A DNA stretch of 64,000 bases from an uncultured Bermanella sp. (lineage in GTDB: Bacteria; Pseudomonadota; Gammaproteobacteria; Pseudomonadales; Oceanobacteraceae): NCBI GenBank assembly GCA_913058575.1, contig CAJXRF010000001.1, positions 39,056 through 103,055 of the forward strand. The letters run 5' to 3'. Positions within the stretch are counted from its first letter, which is position 1, and each line of letters begins with the position of its first letter. Positions 9,024 through 17,223 of this stretch are shown here, in pieces. Below the pieces are notes generated by a model. It made no database searches and was not told where the DNA came from. It saw only the letters and a program-made list of their open reading frames with translations. The position numbers and the translations under genes were made by a program.

Positions 9024-9080
9024 GATAAAAGTCCTTTTTTATTTAAATGTTTAACAGTTAAAGCTGATTGTTAGTCGAAG

Positions 9081-9713
9081 TTATGATTGGCCACCTTGCC
9101 AAACAACCTCACCAATAATTTTAAGCTCACTAAATTGTTCAGCTGTAAGGTTTTGAGTAACTTCATTATCCATAGTGATGGATACGGTGTTATCCATGTT
9201 TACTAAGGCATCAATGATTCTTTTTGTGCCATTGGTTTCTACTAAAATCAGTCCGCCACCTGATAAATTGCGTGTATCCAGTAAAACTGTATAGCCGCGC
9301 TCAAGTCCTTTTAAGTTGGCTTTGTAATCAATTTTCCAGATTCGGCATTCTTCAACTTTTACATCTAGTTCCTTCTCTAGAAAGTCAGGTTCAAACGACA
9401 TGTTGATCTTTTGGGATTCATCAAGTGGGGTAATTTCTTTAAAGGTGTTGGTGTATTCCCATAGCTCGTCATTAACCATCATTGGGCCCTGCCCTAGAGC
9501 TATCCACTTCAATTCAAACCCTGTAGCAATGGCAATTTCCGCTGCATTTTCCAGAGTCGTAGAGGCCATCTGTCTTGATAGTCTGCTTACTTGGGCGGGG
9601 CCAATGCTAGTGTGTTTTGCCACATATGAAGGGCCTTTGGTCTTTATTGCATAGGCTAGGCGGCCCTTCAAAGTTTCTAAATCTAAGCCATCCATGTTGC
9701 TTGATCTTCCCAT
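9081..9713 (-). CDS. cI: CI-like immunity repressor (N-terminal HTH, S24-like C-terminal domain)
   Basis: HTH ending in KWIALGQGPM, C-terminal KIIGEVVW; divergent from the AlpA/Cox-like gene. Confidence 0.85.
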   Translation of the reverse strand: MGRSSNMDGLDLETLKGRLAYAIKTKGPSYVAKHTSIGPAQVSRLSRQMASTTLENAAEIAIATGFELKWIALGQGPMMVNDELWEYTNTFKEITPLDESQKINMSFEPDFLEKELDVKVEECRIWKIDYKANLKGLERGYTVLLDTRNLSGGGLILVETNGTKRIIDALVNMDNTVSITMDNEVTQNLTAEQFSELKIIGEVVWQGGQS

Positions 9714-9736
9714 GTTTTTTTCCTAAACGATGTCTA

Positions 9737-9786
9737 TCCCTGTTGACAGGGACTTATATGATGTATAAATTGCAATCCTATAGGAT
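9737..9786. promoter_or_regulatory. Lysis-lysogeny switch: two palindromes and a TTGACA -35 box
   Basis: TCCCTGT-TG-ACAGGGA (9737-9752) containing TTGACA (9743-9748); ATCCTATAGGAT (9775-9786). Confidence 0.6.
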
Positions 9787-9879
9787 GCTTTAACCAGTCA
9801 TAGAGGGTCACAGACAGGTTTAAGCAAGAGTATGCCGCTCTATACGACGTATAACAACCACTTAAGGGTAGTAAGCAAT

Positions 9880-10197
9880 ATGGAATCAGTAACCTCTCAC
9901 ACAGCCGAATCGATCAATAACGATGTAATGTGCCTCGTAAACGTCGCACTTAAGAGACGTTCTTTGTATCTATCCCTTAAAGGGGTCTGTGAAAAGCTTA
10001 GTTTTTCTGAGTCGGCCATCAAAAAATGGGTGAAAAACAAGACCTTTCCCCAGCCTGTAATTATCTACAAGCATCCACGCTGGGTGGAGTCCGAAGTAGA
10101 TACCTGGATAGAGCAGCAAAATCCAGAGCGATTGGGGGTAAGGCATCAAGCAACCCAGTTAGAAAAAGACGGTGCCGATATTCTGGCCCAGCTTTAA
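9880..10197 (+). CDS. AlpA/Cox/Apl-like DNA-binding protein (excisionase/regulator)
   Basis: LSLKGVCEKLSFSESAIKKWVKNKTFPQPV...RWVESEVDTWI is the AlpA winged-helix pattern; track start is 9832, start uncertain. Confidence 0.85.
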   Translation: MESVTSHTAESINNDVMCLVNVALKRRSLYLSLKGVCEKLSFSESAIKKWVKNKTFPQPVIIYKHPRWVESEVDTWIEQQNPERLGVRHQATQLEKDGADILAQL

Positions 10198-10230
10198 TAC
10201 TTCAAAAAATCTATTAAGGAATGATTAATC

Positions 10231-10536
10231 ATGATGCAAGCACAAATTCAAACTGAAAATACCAACAATGCGGTTAGCGCTTTTGGTGCCATCCCTTCTT
10301 TTGAGCACCCCATAGAAATTCGCTTGGCTTTGCAAATGGGCAGACGGGCTTTGATGTTTAAAGAGGCGCGGGTGTTATCCGACAGGCTCAAGTATGGCCG
10401 TGATTTAAAAACCTTTATTGAATCTTTCAGAATTGCTTTAGGGGCGTCTCATAAATTTAGTGGAGAGTTCACGACTTATGTAGACGAATTAAAGGCTGAA
10501 GTGGCAACGGCCTTTGCTTCAAGGGTGGTGATCTGA
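10231..10536 (+). CDS. Hypothetical early protein
   Basis: 101-aa ORF with aagga RBS, translationally coupled to the next gene. Confidence 0.6.
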   Translation: MMQAQIQTENTNNAVSAFGAIPSFEHPIEIRLALQMGRRALMFKEARVLSDRLKYGRDLKTFIESFRIALGASHKFSGEFTTYVDELKAEVATAFASRVVI

Positions 10537-10781
10537 TGGCGACTCAAAAAGAGCTTTATGAAAGTGCTCGTACATTAATTGAAACAAGGGTGATTAATGC
10601 AAGACGGTGTGAGAGTGAAGGACAAAATAGGTCTGCCGTGATGTATGAAGATGAAGCCCGTGGGGTGTTTCTGTTGTGGCTGAAGATGGCAACGGGCAAA
10701 AATATTGAAAAATACTCTAAAACTTTACAGCACTTGATACACCCAGAGGTGGAACAGGAAGGGCTAGATGCTAGCGATTAA
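10536..10781 (+). CDS. Hypothetical early protein, paralogue 1 of 3
   Basis: Shares AxGVxxLWxxMA...KYSKTL with the next ORF. Confidence 0.7.
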   Translation: MATQKELYESARTLIETRVINARRCESEGQNRSAVMYEDEARGVFLLWLKMATGKNIEKYSKTLQHLIHPEVEQEGLDASD

Positions 10782-11010
10782 GGAAGATCAAACAGATTTT
10801 GGTGAGGCGGTTTTTAATAAAACCCAAATGCTTATTGCTCGCTATATGGGTGCCGCCATGGATTCAAGGAATAAAGGCAATAACCATTTGTGTTTTGTAA
10901 ATGAAGCCAAGGCCGAAGGGGTTTATAGGTTGTGGATTGAGATGGCCAGCCCTGAAGACTATGGAAAATACAGTAAAACTTTATTGGTGGCGATGGGGCG
11001 TGAACTATGA
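10768..11010 (+). CDS. Hypothetical early protein, paralogue 2 of 3
   Basis: AEGVYRLWIEMAS...KYSKTL. Confidence 0.7.
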   Translation: MLAIKEDQTDFGEAVFNKTQMLIARYMGAAMDSRNKGNNHLCFVNEAKAEGVYRLWIEMASPEDYGKYSKTLLVAMGREL

Positions 11011-11387
11011 GTGATTCCATTCAAGAAACGGCTTTAGAGAAATTAAAGGAAGTTATCAATGCTGGCCTTTCTAGGGCCAGTAATTCAGACCGTCTAGCAA
11101 ATGAGGCGCAAAGTAATATTGAGGCTTCAAGAAATCGAATAACGGAAATTGAAAAGCAGGTTAAAAAAAACCCAAAATTAAAAGAAAGCTTACTTAATGA
11201 ATACAAGTTGGAGAGAAAAAAGGCGCAAGCCGAAGAAGTTAGGCAAAGCAGTCATTGCAGTTTCTCAGCCATTCATAGGGAAAACGCCATAGGGGCATAT
11301 TCTTATTGGGCGGCGATTACGCCTGAAGAGTTTATGAAAATCCATCAAGAAGAAATTTTAGATCTGGTCTACAAATATGCTGCCTAA
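11007..11387 (+). CDS. Hypothetical early protein, paralogue 3 of 3, with coiled-coil insertion
   Basis: AIGAYSYWAAIT motif; overlaps neighbouring genes. Confidence 0.65.
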   Translation: MSDSIQETALEKLKEVINAGLSRASNSDRLANEAQSNIEASRNRITEIEKQVKKNPKLKESLLNEYKLERKKAQAEEVRQSSHCSFSAIHRENAIGAYSYWAAITPEEFMKIHQEEILDLVYKYAA

Positions 11388-13104
11388 TTCATTTATTAAT
11401 CAAGAAAAAGACAGGGTTTTCGATATTACCCGCCACCAAGGTGTTCTTAGTGAAGACCTTTTTTTAGGTTGGGAAAGAACGGTTAAGGCCCATAAGAACA
11501 ATTCTGTCAAAGAAGCCAATGAGCGTTTAAGAAATATGGTGGATCGCCTTAAATGGGGTGATTTTAATTTGTCGTGTATGGATAGTGAAAAAATTTGTGA
11601 TTACTGCGATGCCATTGCAGGTCGTGTATTGCGGGTTATGCCTAAATTTCCCGATAAGGTTTCTATTTCGGAATTGGGAGCGCTTGAGGAGAGAATTAAC
11701 GAAGCAGGGCGTTTAGATGTGCATGGTTTAAAGATTGATGTGCCAGAGGATGAAGCTAAGCGCCTTAAGGTTTTACGCGGGGCGTATGTGCGCATTTGTG
11801 ATCCAGTGTGGTGGCGTAGAAAATTAAAGCGCAGGCAAAGACGGGCGGTAGAGGGGGTAGCCCGTGATTTAGGTATGGTTCAGGCAAGGGTTGGGGGGTA
11901 TTGCTCAAATTTATCTCTGTTTAATTTACGTAAGCAAAACGAAAAAAATAATAAGATTCTTGATTCAATGGTGGCTGAAAACGAAGCGGGTGATACTTTT
12001 TACCTTTCCGAGCTACAAGAAAAATCTATTTCAAATCCAGAAATACGAAGGGCCGAATTAATGACGCGCATTCGCGGTTTTGAAATTCTGGCTGAGAAGC
12101 AAAATTACGATGCAGTTTTTTGGACGTTAACTTGTCCGTCACAATTTCATGCGTATTACGCAATAGGTGGAAAAAATGGAAAGTATAAAGGCGGTTCGGT
12201 TCTGGATGCTCAAGAATACCTTGTTCACGTGTGGGCTAATTTTCGCACTTGGCTTAACCGTAATGGAATTGACGGATTCGGTTTTCGTGTGGCTGAACCT
12301 CATCATGACGGTTGCCCTCATTGGCACATTTTATACTTTGGAAATAAAGCCGACCTTGAAAAAGCGACCATTGAACTTAAAAAAAGAAATCTTGAATTAG
12401 ATGGCCATGAAGACGGTGCTCAGGAAAAGCGATTTACAGCTAAGTGGTTAGAAAAAGGGGTAGATGAAAGGGGGCGTAAGTTATCGGCAGCAGGCTACAT
12501 TGCTAAATATATAGCGAAATCGATTGATGGTTTTCAGGTGGGCAAGGATAAGGAAACGGGTTTAGATACAACGGTATCAAGTGAGCGGGTTGTGGGTTGG
12601 GCGAGGGTGTGGGGTATTCGTCAGTTCCAGCAAATTGGTGGTGCACCTGTCGGTTTGTGGCGAGAAATGCGCAGGCTAAAAGGTGAGGAGCGAACAGAGA
12701 CAGACAATGATTTTATTAAAGAGGCTGAAAACGAAATTTTTAATTTACACGAAGCCCTAGAAGGGTATGAAGATCAGGCCGAAGCCTGGGCCGTATTTAA
12801 CATGATGGTGGGCAGTGGCCGCAATACGCTTTATAAATTATGGAAAACAGATGAGCCAGGCCTTTCTCAAATCACACAGTTTATGGAAGTGGATCATGAA
12901 ACGGGTGAGGTGTTGTGTACTGACGGGGTGAAAAAGCGAAACCAATATGGGGAGGTGGTAACGGTAGTTAAAGGTTTATTGGTGGATGTATTGGGCAGTA
13001 TGCAAAAAGTGAAAACTCGTTTTCATGAATGGTCTTTAAAGCGTTGTGATGTTGCGCGTGAGCGTGCTGTGTCTTTGGAAGGGGCGCAGCCACTTTTGCT
13101 TTAG
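11377..13104 (+). CDS. A: Rolling-circle replication endonuclease, P2 gpA family
   Basis: FWTLTCPSQFH, RVAEPHHDGCPHWH (HUH), GYIAKYIAK (two catalytic Tyr), WARVWGIRQFQQIG. Confidence 0.95.
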   Translation: MLPNSFINQEKDRVFDITRHQGVLSEDLFLGWERTVKAHKNNSVKEANERLRNMVDRLKWGDFNLSCMDSEKICDYCDAIAGRVLRVMPKFPDKVSISELGALEERINEAGRLDVHGLKIDVPEDEAKRLKVLRGAYVRICDPVWWRRKLKRRQRRAVEGVARDLGMVQARVGGYCSNLSLFNLRKQNEKNNKILDSMVAENEAGDTFYLSELQEKSISNPEIRRAELMTRIRGFEILAEKQNYDAVFWTLTCPSQFHAYYAIGGKNGKYKGGSVLDAQEYLVHVWANFRTWLNRNGIDGFGFRVAEPHHDGCPHWHILYFGNKADLEKATIELKKRNLELDGHEDGAQEKRFTAKWLEKGVDERGRKLSAAGYIAKYIAKSIDGFQVGKDKETGLDTTVSSERVVGWARVWGIRQFQQIGGAPVGLWREMRRLKGEERTETDNDFIKEAENEIFNLHEALEGYEDQAEAWAVFNMMVGSGRNTLYKLWKTDEPGLSQITQFMEVDHETGEVLCTDGVKKRNQYGEVVTVVKGLLVDVLGSMQKVKTRFHEWSLKRCDVARERAVSLEGAQPLLL

Positions 13105-13117
13105 GCTTTTGATTTTA

Positions 13118-13144
13118 CTTGGACTTGTGTCAATAACTGTACGG
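13118..13144 (+). promoter_or_regulatory. Putative P2-type replication origin (gpA nick region)
   Basis: CTTGGACTTGTGTCAATAACTGTACGG resembles the P2-family ori as I recall it (G^GAGTCCTGTCAATAACTG); in the gpA frame it reads WTCVNNCT. Confidence 0.7.
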
Positions 13145-13164
13145 TTTGAAAAACGGGAAAAATT

Positions 13165-14157
13165 ATGGGCTTAAATTTTAAAGGTTTGATACATGAAAGC
13201 CGCCTAGTTCTGGCGGTGGGGATTGCTTTGGCGTTGGTGTCTATGGTGGCTGAGGTTCAGCTTTTTATGGATTACGCCCAAAAGCCAAATGATAAAGGGT
13301 TAGCTGCGCTAACGGCATTGGCTTTGGTGGCTTGCCAGTTTTTATTTGTGGGGCTAGCCATTGAAATGTGGCGAAAAAAGCATTTTGGCCTAGCGGCCAT
13401 GCTTTTTTTGGTGCTGTTGTTATTGGTGTTAATCAGCGTCACGGGCACAGCGGCATTTTTTGAAAGTCGCTTTGCCAGTACAAGCCAGCAAAGCACAGTA
13501 AAAAGTGATCAATACAAAATGCAATTGGTGTTGATTAGCGACCTAGAGCAGCAAAGGCAAGATTTTAGAAAAAGTGCCACTGATCTTTCTTTGTCGGGAA
13601 ATCCTTTGAATGCCGCCAGAAAAATGGCCAAGGCTGAAAAAGCCCTTGAAGACAAAACGGCGGCCATTGAAAAACTGGCCGCCATTAAAAGTGCGCCTGC
13701 CAGTTCGGGTTCTGCCTTGGTGGGCTTAGTGGGGAATTACCGCTGGATGGTTTGGTACACATTGGCCGCCTTAGTAGATGTTTGCGCGTTGTTGTGTTTT
13801 GCGGTGTTGGCTGTTTCTAAAAACAAACAGGTGTTGCAAACACAATTAGCAACAAACACACAAACACAAACAGCCAAACAAACACTAGGCCAAACAGAGG
13901 CGGAACCAACAAACGAACAAACATCCACGGAAGTGACGGCCACTAAAAAGAGCGAACAGGCCACAGAAGTTAAGCGCCAAATTTTAAGCGGTGCGTTTGG
14001 TGATGAACCAAGGGTGCGAAGGGTGATGGATCATTTCCAGATTAAAACCCATTCGGTGGTGGCGGGCATCTTTGACGATCTGGCCAGATCGGGTGATGTT
14101 AAGCGCCATGAAAATGGCAGAACCTGGCTTTTGGTTCAAAAGCAATTGATTGCTTAA
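13165..14157 (+). CDS. Membrane protein: TM helices, coiled coil, TM, Q/T-rich linker, probable C-terminal winged helix
   Basis: Three N-terminal hydrophobic helices, a fourth near aa 195-215, C-terminal PRVRRVMDHFQIKTHSVVAGIFDDLARSGDVKRHENGRTWLL. Confidence 0.7.
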   Translation: MGLNFKGLIHESRLVLAVGIALALVSMVAEVQLFMDYAQKPNDKGLAALTALALVACQFLFVGLAIEMWRKKHFGLAAMLFLVLLLLVLISVTGTAAFFESRFASTSQQSTVKSDQYKMQLVLISDLEQQRQDFRKSATDLSLSGNPLNAARKMAKAEKALEDKTAAIEKLAAIKSAPASSGSALVGLVGNYRWMVWYTLAALVDVCALLCFAVLAVSKNKQVLQTQLATNTQTQTAKQTLGQTEAEPTNEQTSTEVTATKKSEQATEVKRQILSGAFGDEPRVRRVMDHFQIKTHSVVAGIFDDLARSGDVKRHENGRTWLLVQKQLIA

Positions 14158-14197
14158 TGGCTATAGTTAGAAGAGTTAATGTCGATTAGGAGTTAAA

Positions 14198-14416
14198 ATG
14201 TTTATACAGCTAACCTCAGTTGAGGCTAATAATGAAGATGATGGAAACCCTTTCGGCTATGATAGTAATTCATACAATGAAATAATTGTTAATACAGATC
14301 ATATTATTAGAATCGAATTTAGTGAGGAAAATTTAACAGAATTAACTTTTATTGATAGTAGGGTAATCTATATAAACGAATCTCTTGAGGATGTTTGGAA
14401 TAAACTGGAAACCTAA
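14198..14416 (+). CDS. Small acidic protein, FlbD/SwrD-like pattern
   Basis: MFIQLT...IVNTDHIIRIE...TELTFIDSRVIYINESLEDV; aggag RBS. Confidence 0.55.
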   Translation: MFIQLTSVEANNEDDGNPFGYDSNSYNEIIVNTDHIIRIEFSEENLTELTFIDSRVIYINESLEDVWNKLET

Positions 14417-14452
14417 AACTACTATTTGACTATTTGACTGTTTGACCTAATG

Positions 14453-14476
14453 AAACCGCCCCAGTGGCGGTTTTTT
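14453..14476. terminator. Intrinsic terminator ending the early operon
   Basis: aaaccgcc-ccagt-ggcggttt plus T-run, between convergent genes. Confidence 0.8.
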
Positions 14477-14477
14477 A

Positions 14478-14804
14478 TTATCTGCCTTGCTTCTGTATTA
14501 ACTCCATTAAATCCAATCGTTCTTTAGGTGACAAATTAACCGATAGATATTCAAACAATTCTCTTATTCCTTGCTCGTATTCTTTGTGGTTTTTGCCTTC
14601 TAGTATCCAATCATAGTGTGAATGAAAATAATTCTTAATGGCCACCACTTCCACGTCGTGTAGCTTTTCTTTGTGCCTTAGTATGCGTGTCCATCGAGAT
14701 TTTTGAATGCCCAGTTTCCTGCCCACTTCGCCACGATTATCCCAGCCAACAAGTGCAGCCACTAGGTAAATAAGGCGTGTATTAATGTCTGTTTTACTGA
14801 GCAT
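14478..14804 (-). CDS. XRE/CI-like HTH protein
   Basis: RGEVGRKLGIQKSRWTRILR helix-turn-helix followed by DWILEGK. Confidence 0.65.
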   Translation of the reverse strand: MLSKTDINTRLIYLVAALVGWDNRGEVGRKLGIQKSRWTRILRHKEKLHDVEVVAIKNYFHSHYDWILEGKNHKEYEQGIRELFEYLSVNLSPKERLDLMELIQKQGR

Positions 14805-14931
14805 ATATGTATTTTAGCCCTAATTATTGATGTGGACAAATTGTGTCATTATCGGCCTTCGTTTCATATATGAAATGAGCTATCGGCAATACCCTACAGA
14901 CAAGTCCTTTTCCATGTGGCTAAATTCCGCC

Positions 14932-14949
14932 TTATACCGATCAGTATAA
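14932..14949. promoter_or_regulatory. Candidate TetR operator
   Basis: TTATACCGATCAGTATAA, 16/18 palindromic, 13 bp before the tetR ATG. Confidence 0.65.
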
Positions 14950-14962
14950 ATGGGGGTAGGGT

Positions 14963-15526
14963 ATGAAGGATAAACAGGTTGATATTTTAGAGGCAGCAAC
15001 CAAGCTGTTTTCTAGGTATGGATACCATGCTGTTGGCGTGGATAGGATTATTGCTGATTCAGGTGTGGCAAAAATGACTTTCTATAAGTACTTTCCATCT
15101 AAGGAAAACCTAATAGAAAGTGTTTTAGAGCGACGTGATAAACATATAAGAGACACTATTAATATCGGTGTAGCTAAACGAAGAACGCCAAATACAAAAA
15201 TAAAGGCCATTTTTGAGTGGTATGAAAATTGGTTTGAAACTAAAGATTTTTATGGCTGCATGTTTATAAAGGCATCTGAAGAGTCACCAGATATTGCTTC
15301 AAAGATAATGGCTATTTCAAAAGGTCATAAGCTTTGGCTAAAAGACCTTATTTCACACCTGTTGGAAGATTGTTCTATTAAATCACATGAGCAAATGGCC
15401 ATTCATGTTCTTGCTATTCTGGATGGCCTAACAGTGCGTGAGAACCTATTTAAAGAGGGGGTTAAAAATGAAATGAAATTTGCATGGCGATATGTTGAAG
15501 AGACGATAAACAGAAAAATAGATTAA
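14963..15526 (+). CDS. TetR/AcrR-family transcriptional regulator (moron)
   Basis: ILEAATKLFSRYGYHAVGVDRIIADSGVAKMTFYKYFPSKENL is the TetR HTH signature. Confidence 0.93.
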   Translation: MKDKQVDILEAATKLFSRYGYHAVGVDRIIADSGVAKMTFYKYFPSKENLIESVLERRDKHIRDTINIGVAKRRTPNTKIKAIFEWYENWFETKDFYGCMFIKASEESPDIASKIMAISKGHKLWLKDLISHLLEDCSIKSHEQMAIHVLAILDGLTVRENLFKEGVKNEMKFAWRYVEETINRKID

Positions 15527-15565
15527 TTAGATGTATAAAAAAATGGATTTAAACAAGGAGTTTAT

Positions 15566-15751
15566 ATGGTATCGGTAGTTTCGAGTAATGACTGGCAAGA
15601 GGTTAGGGAGCAAGCGATGTGCAAATTGAGTTTTCTTTCAAGTATGTTTTCGCAGGCTGGAGATATTGTGCTAAATGATCAAGACAAAATTGGCTTGGTG
15701 GTGATTCTAGATGATATTAGGCAGGTATATGAGCCTGGGGAGGCGGCCTGA
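15566..15751 (+). CDS. Small hypothetical protein
   Basis: 61 aa, aaggag RBS, followed by a terminator. Confidence 0.6.
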   Translation: MVSVVSSNDWQEVREQAMCKLSFLSSMFSQAGDIVLNDQDKIGLVVILDDIRQVYEPGEAA

Positions 15752-15765
15752 AAAGAACATTAAGA

Positions 15766-15791
15766 AAAATCCCGAAATACTTCGGGATTTT
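15766..15791. terminator. Bidirectional intrinsic terminator
   Basis: aaaatcccgaa-atac-ttcgggatttt perfect 11-bp stem between convergent units. Confidence 0.85.
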
Positions 15792-15809
15792 AAAACTCTG
15801 ATTGCATGT

Positions 15810-16154
15810 TTATTTTTTAAAGTTATCTATGACAGTCTTTTGCTGATCCATAGGCAGTGACTCTATAAAGGTCATGGCAATTTGAGCTTGATCTTTCTCT
15901 CTTAATTCATTCATGAGTTCTTTTTTATCTTTATCTGAAATGCTGCTGAGTAAGGATCTTATATTTTCTATAACTGAAGAGGTATCAGGTTTGTATACAT
16001 AATGTGATAAGGATTCGGACATTACGAACTGGGCACCGCAATTAGGTTGATTAGAGCAAGTAAAATAACGCTTGGTTAGAATATCAACTTCAGTAATGGT
16101 GCTAATACAATATGCAGTTAAACCACAAATTGGACACTTTTGCTTCCTAGCCAT
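15810..16154 (-). CDS. ogr: Ogr/Delta-like zinc-finger late-gene activator
   Basis: CPICG...YFTCSNQPNCGAQFV C4 motif; track start is 16220, MARKQ start preferred. Confidence 0.9.
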   Translation of the reverse strand: MARKQKCPICGLTAYCISTITEVDILTKRYFTCSNQPNCGAQFVMSESLSHYVYKPDTSSVIENIRSLLSSISDKDKKELMNELREKDQAQIAMTFIESLPMDQQKTVIDNFKK

Positions 16155-16209
16155 AATATCACCATTTGGTAAGTTATTTTTGCGTTCCATTTTACAGTAT
16201 TGCCTTTTC

Positions 16210-17223
16210 TTATTCTTCAAAAATTGATGTTTTTGGCTTGTTAAAACTTAAATGGGCGGTTTTTGGTAAATACTTATTTATTTGTTGCATGTGTTGAAAA
16301 ACTGGGATTATTTCTAGTTCTGTATACGCCTTAACTGCCTTGATAATATCGCCAGAATTGCCATTTTCAGAACGGCTTGATGATAGCGCTTCAGGAATGC
16401 GCCACGCGCCTAATACATTCTCTTTACTGACCCGTTGCGCTTCTGCTAAATCATCACTTGAGCCCACTTCACCCACTGGAATTAATTTTAGAGGTTCTTT
16501 AGCCGTACTATTGGGGATGTTTACAAACATACTGGAAAAGTTACCTACACCTTTTGAAGATTTTAACTTTTGAGTTAATTCTTCTTCAACAGCTTCGTCC
16601 ATGTCAGGGTCTTGAGAGAATAAAATAAAGCCCATGTGCGCGCCATTTTTGTAATAGCGGCGTTTAAATAGAATAGCGTCTTCACCCAGTAGAATTGACT
16701 GAAAGGCCCCTAAGTATTCAGGTGTGCCATAGATGGTTTGATTTAAGTCATAGCGTTTACTGTGGATGACTTCATCTTTTTTAAAGCGAATTAAATTTCC
16801 ATTAGGTAAAACCTTGATGAATTTTCCTTTGGTGGTTGCTACACGCATGGACACAGCGGGCAAGTGTCTAACTCCAATCCACTTGTTAAATCGGTTGTAA
16901 ATATTCTGTAAAAAATATTCGCCAAAAACATTCCAGTCCATGGCCATCTTGAAAAAGGTTTCAAAATCTATGTGTGGGTTAGCCTTAAAAAAACGCGCTA
17001 TTAAATTGGTTTTTAGGTTGGCCATGCTTTCGTGGGTGCCATTGGCCCTTAACAACTTTGCAATGCCTTCTTTTTCAATGGGTGGCTCGTAAAATCCTTG
17101 GCTGTCGTCTTCAAAGCTGCCTAATTCATCTAAGGCATTGCCTACGACGCTTTCAGGGTCACCAAATGAAAAGAGTATGGGCTTTGTATTTTGATTGGCT
17201 TCTTGATTGATTGCTTGTGTCAT
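16210..17223 (-). CDS. Q: Portal protein (PBSX family, P2 gpQ)
   Basis: FSFGDPESV, YDLNQTIYGTPEYLGA, RRYYKNGAHMGFI; track start is 17238. Confidence 0.95.
   Translation of the reverse strand: MTQAINQEANQNTKPILFSFGDPESVVGNALDELGSFEDDSQGFYEPPIEKEGIAKLLRANGTHESMANLKTNLIARFFKANPHIDFETFFKMAMDWNVFGEYFLQNIYNRFNKWIGVRHLPAVSMRVATTKGKFIKVLPNGNLIRFKKDEVIHSKRYDLNQTIYGTPEYLGAFQSILLGEDAILFKRRYYKNGAHMGFILFSQDPDMDEAVEEELTQKLKSSKGVGNFSSMFVNIPNSTAKEPLKLIPVGEVGSSDDLAEAQRVSKENVLGAWRIPEALSSSRSENGNSGDIIKAVKAYTELEIIPVFQHMQQINKYLPKTAHLSFNKPKTSIFEE

Noticed and set aside
14831-14838. TGTGGACA, the recalled P2 Int arm sequence
   Set aside because: Single copy far from att; expected by chance.
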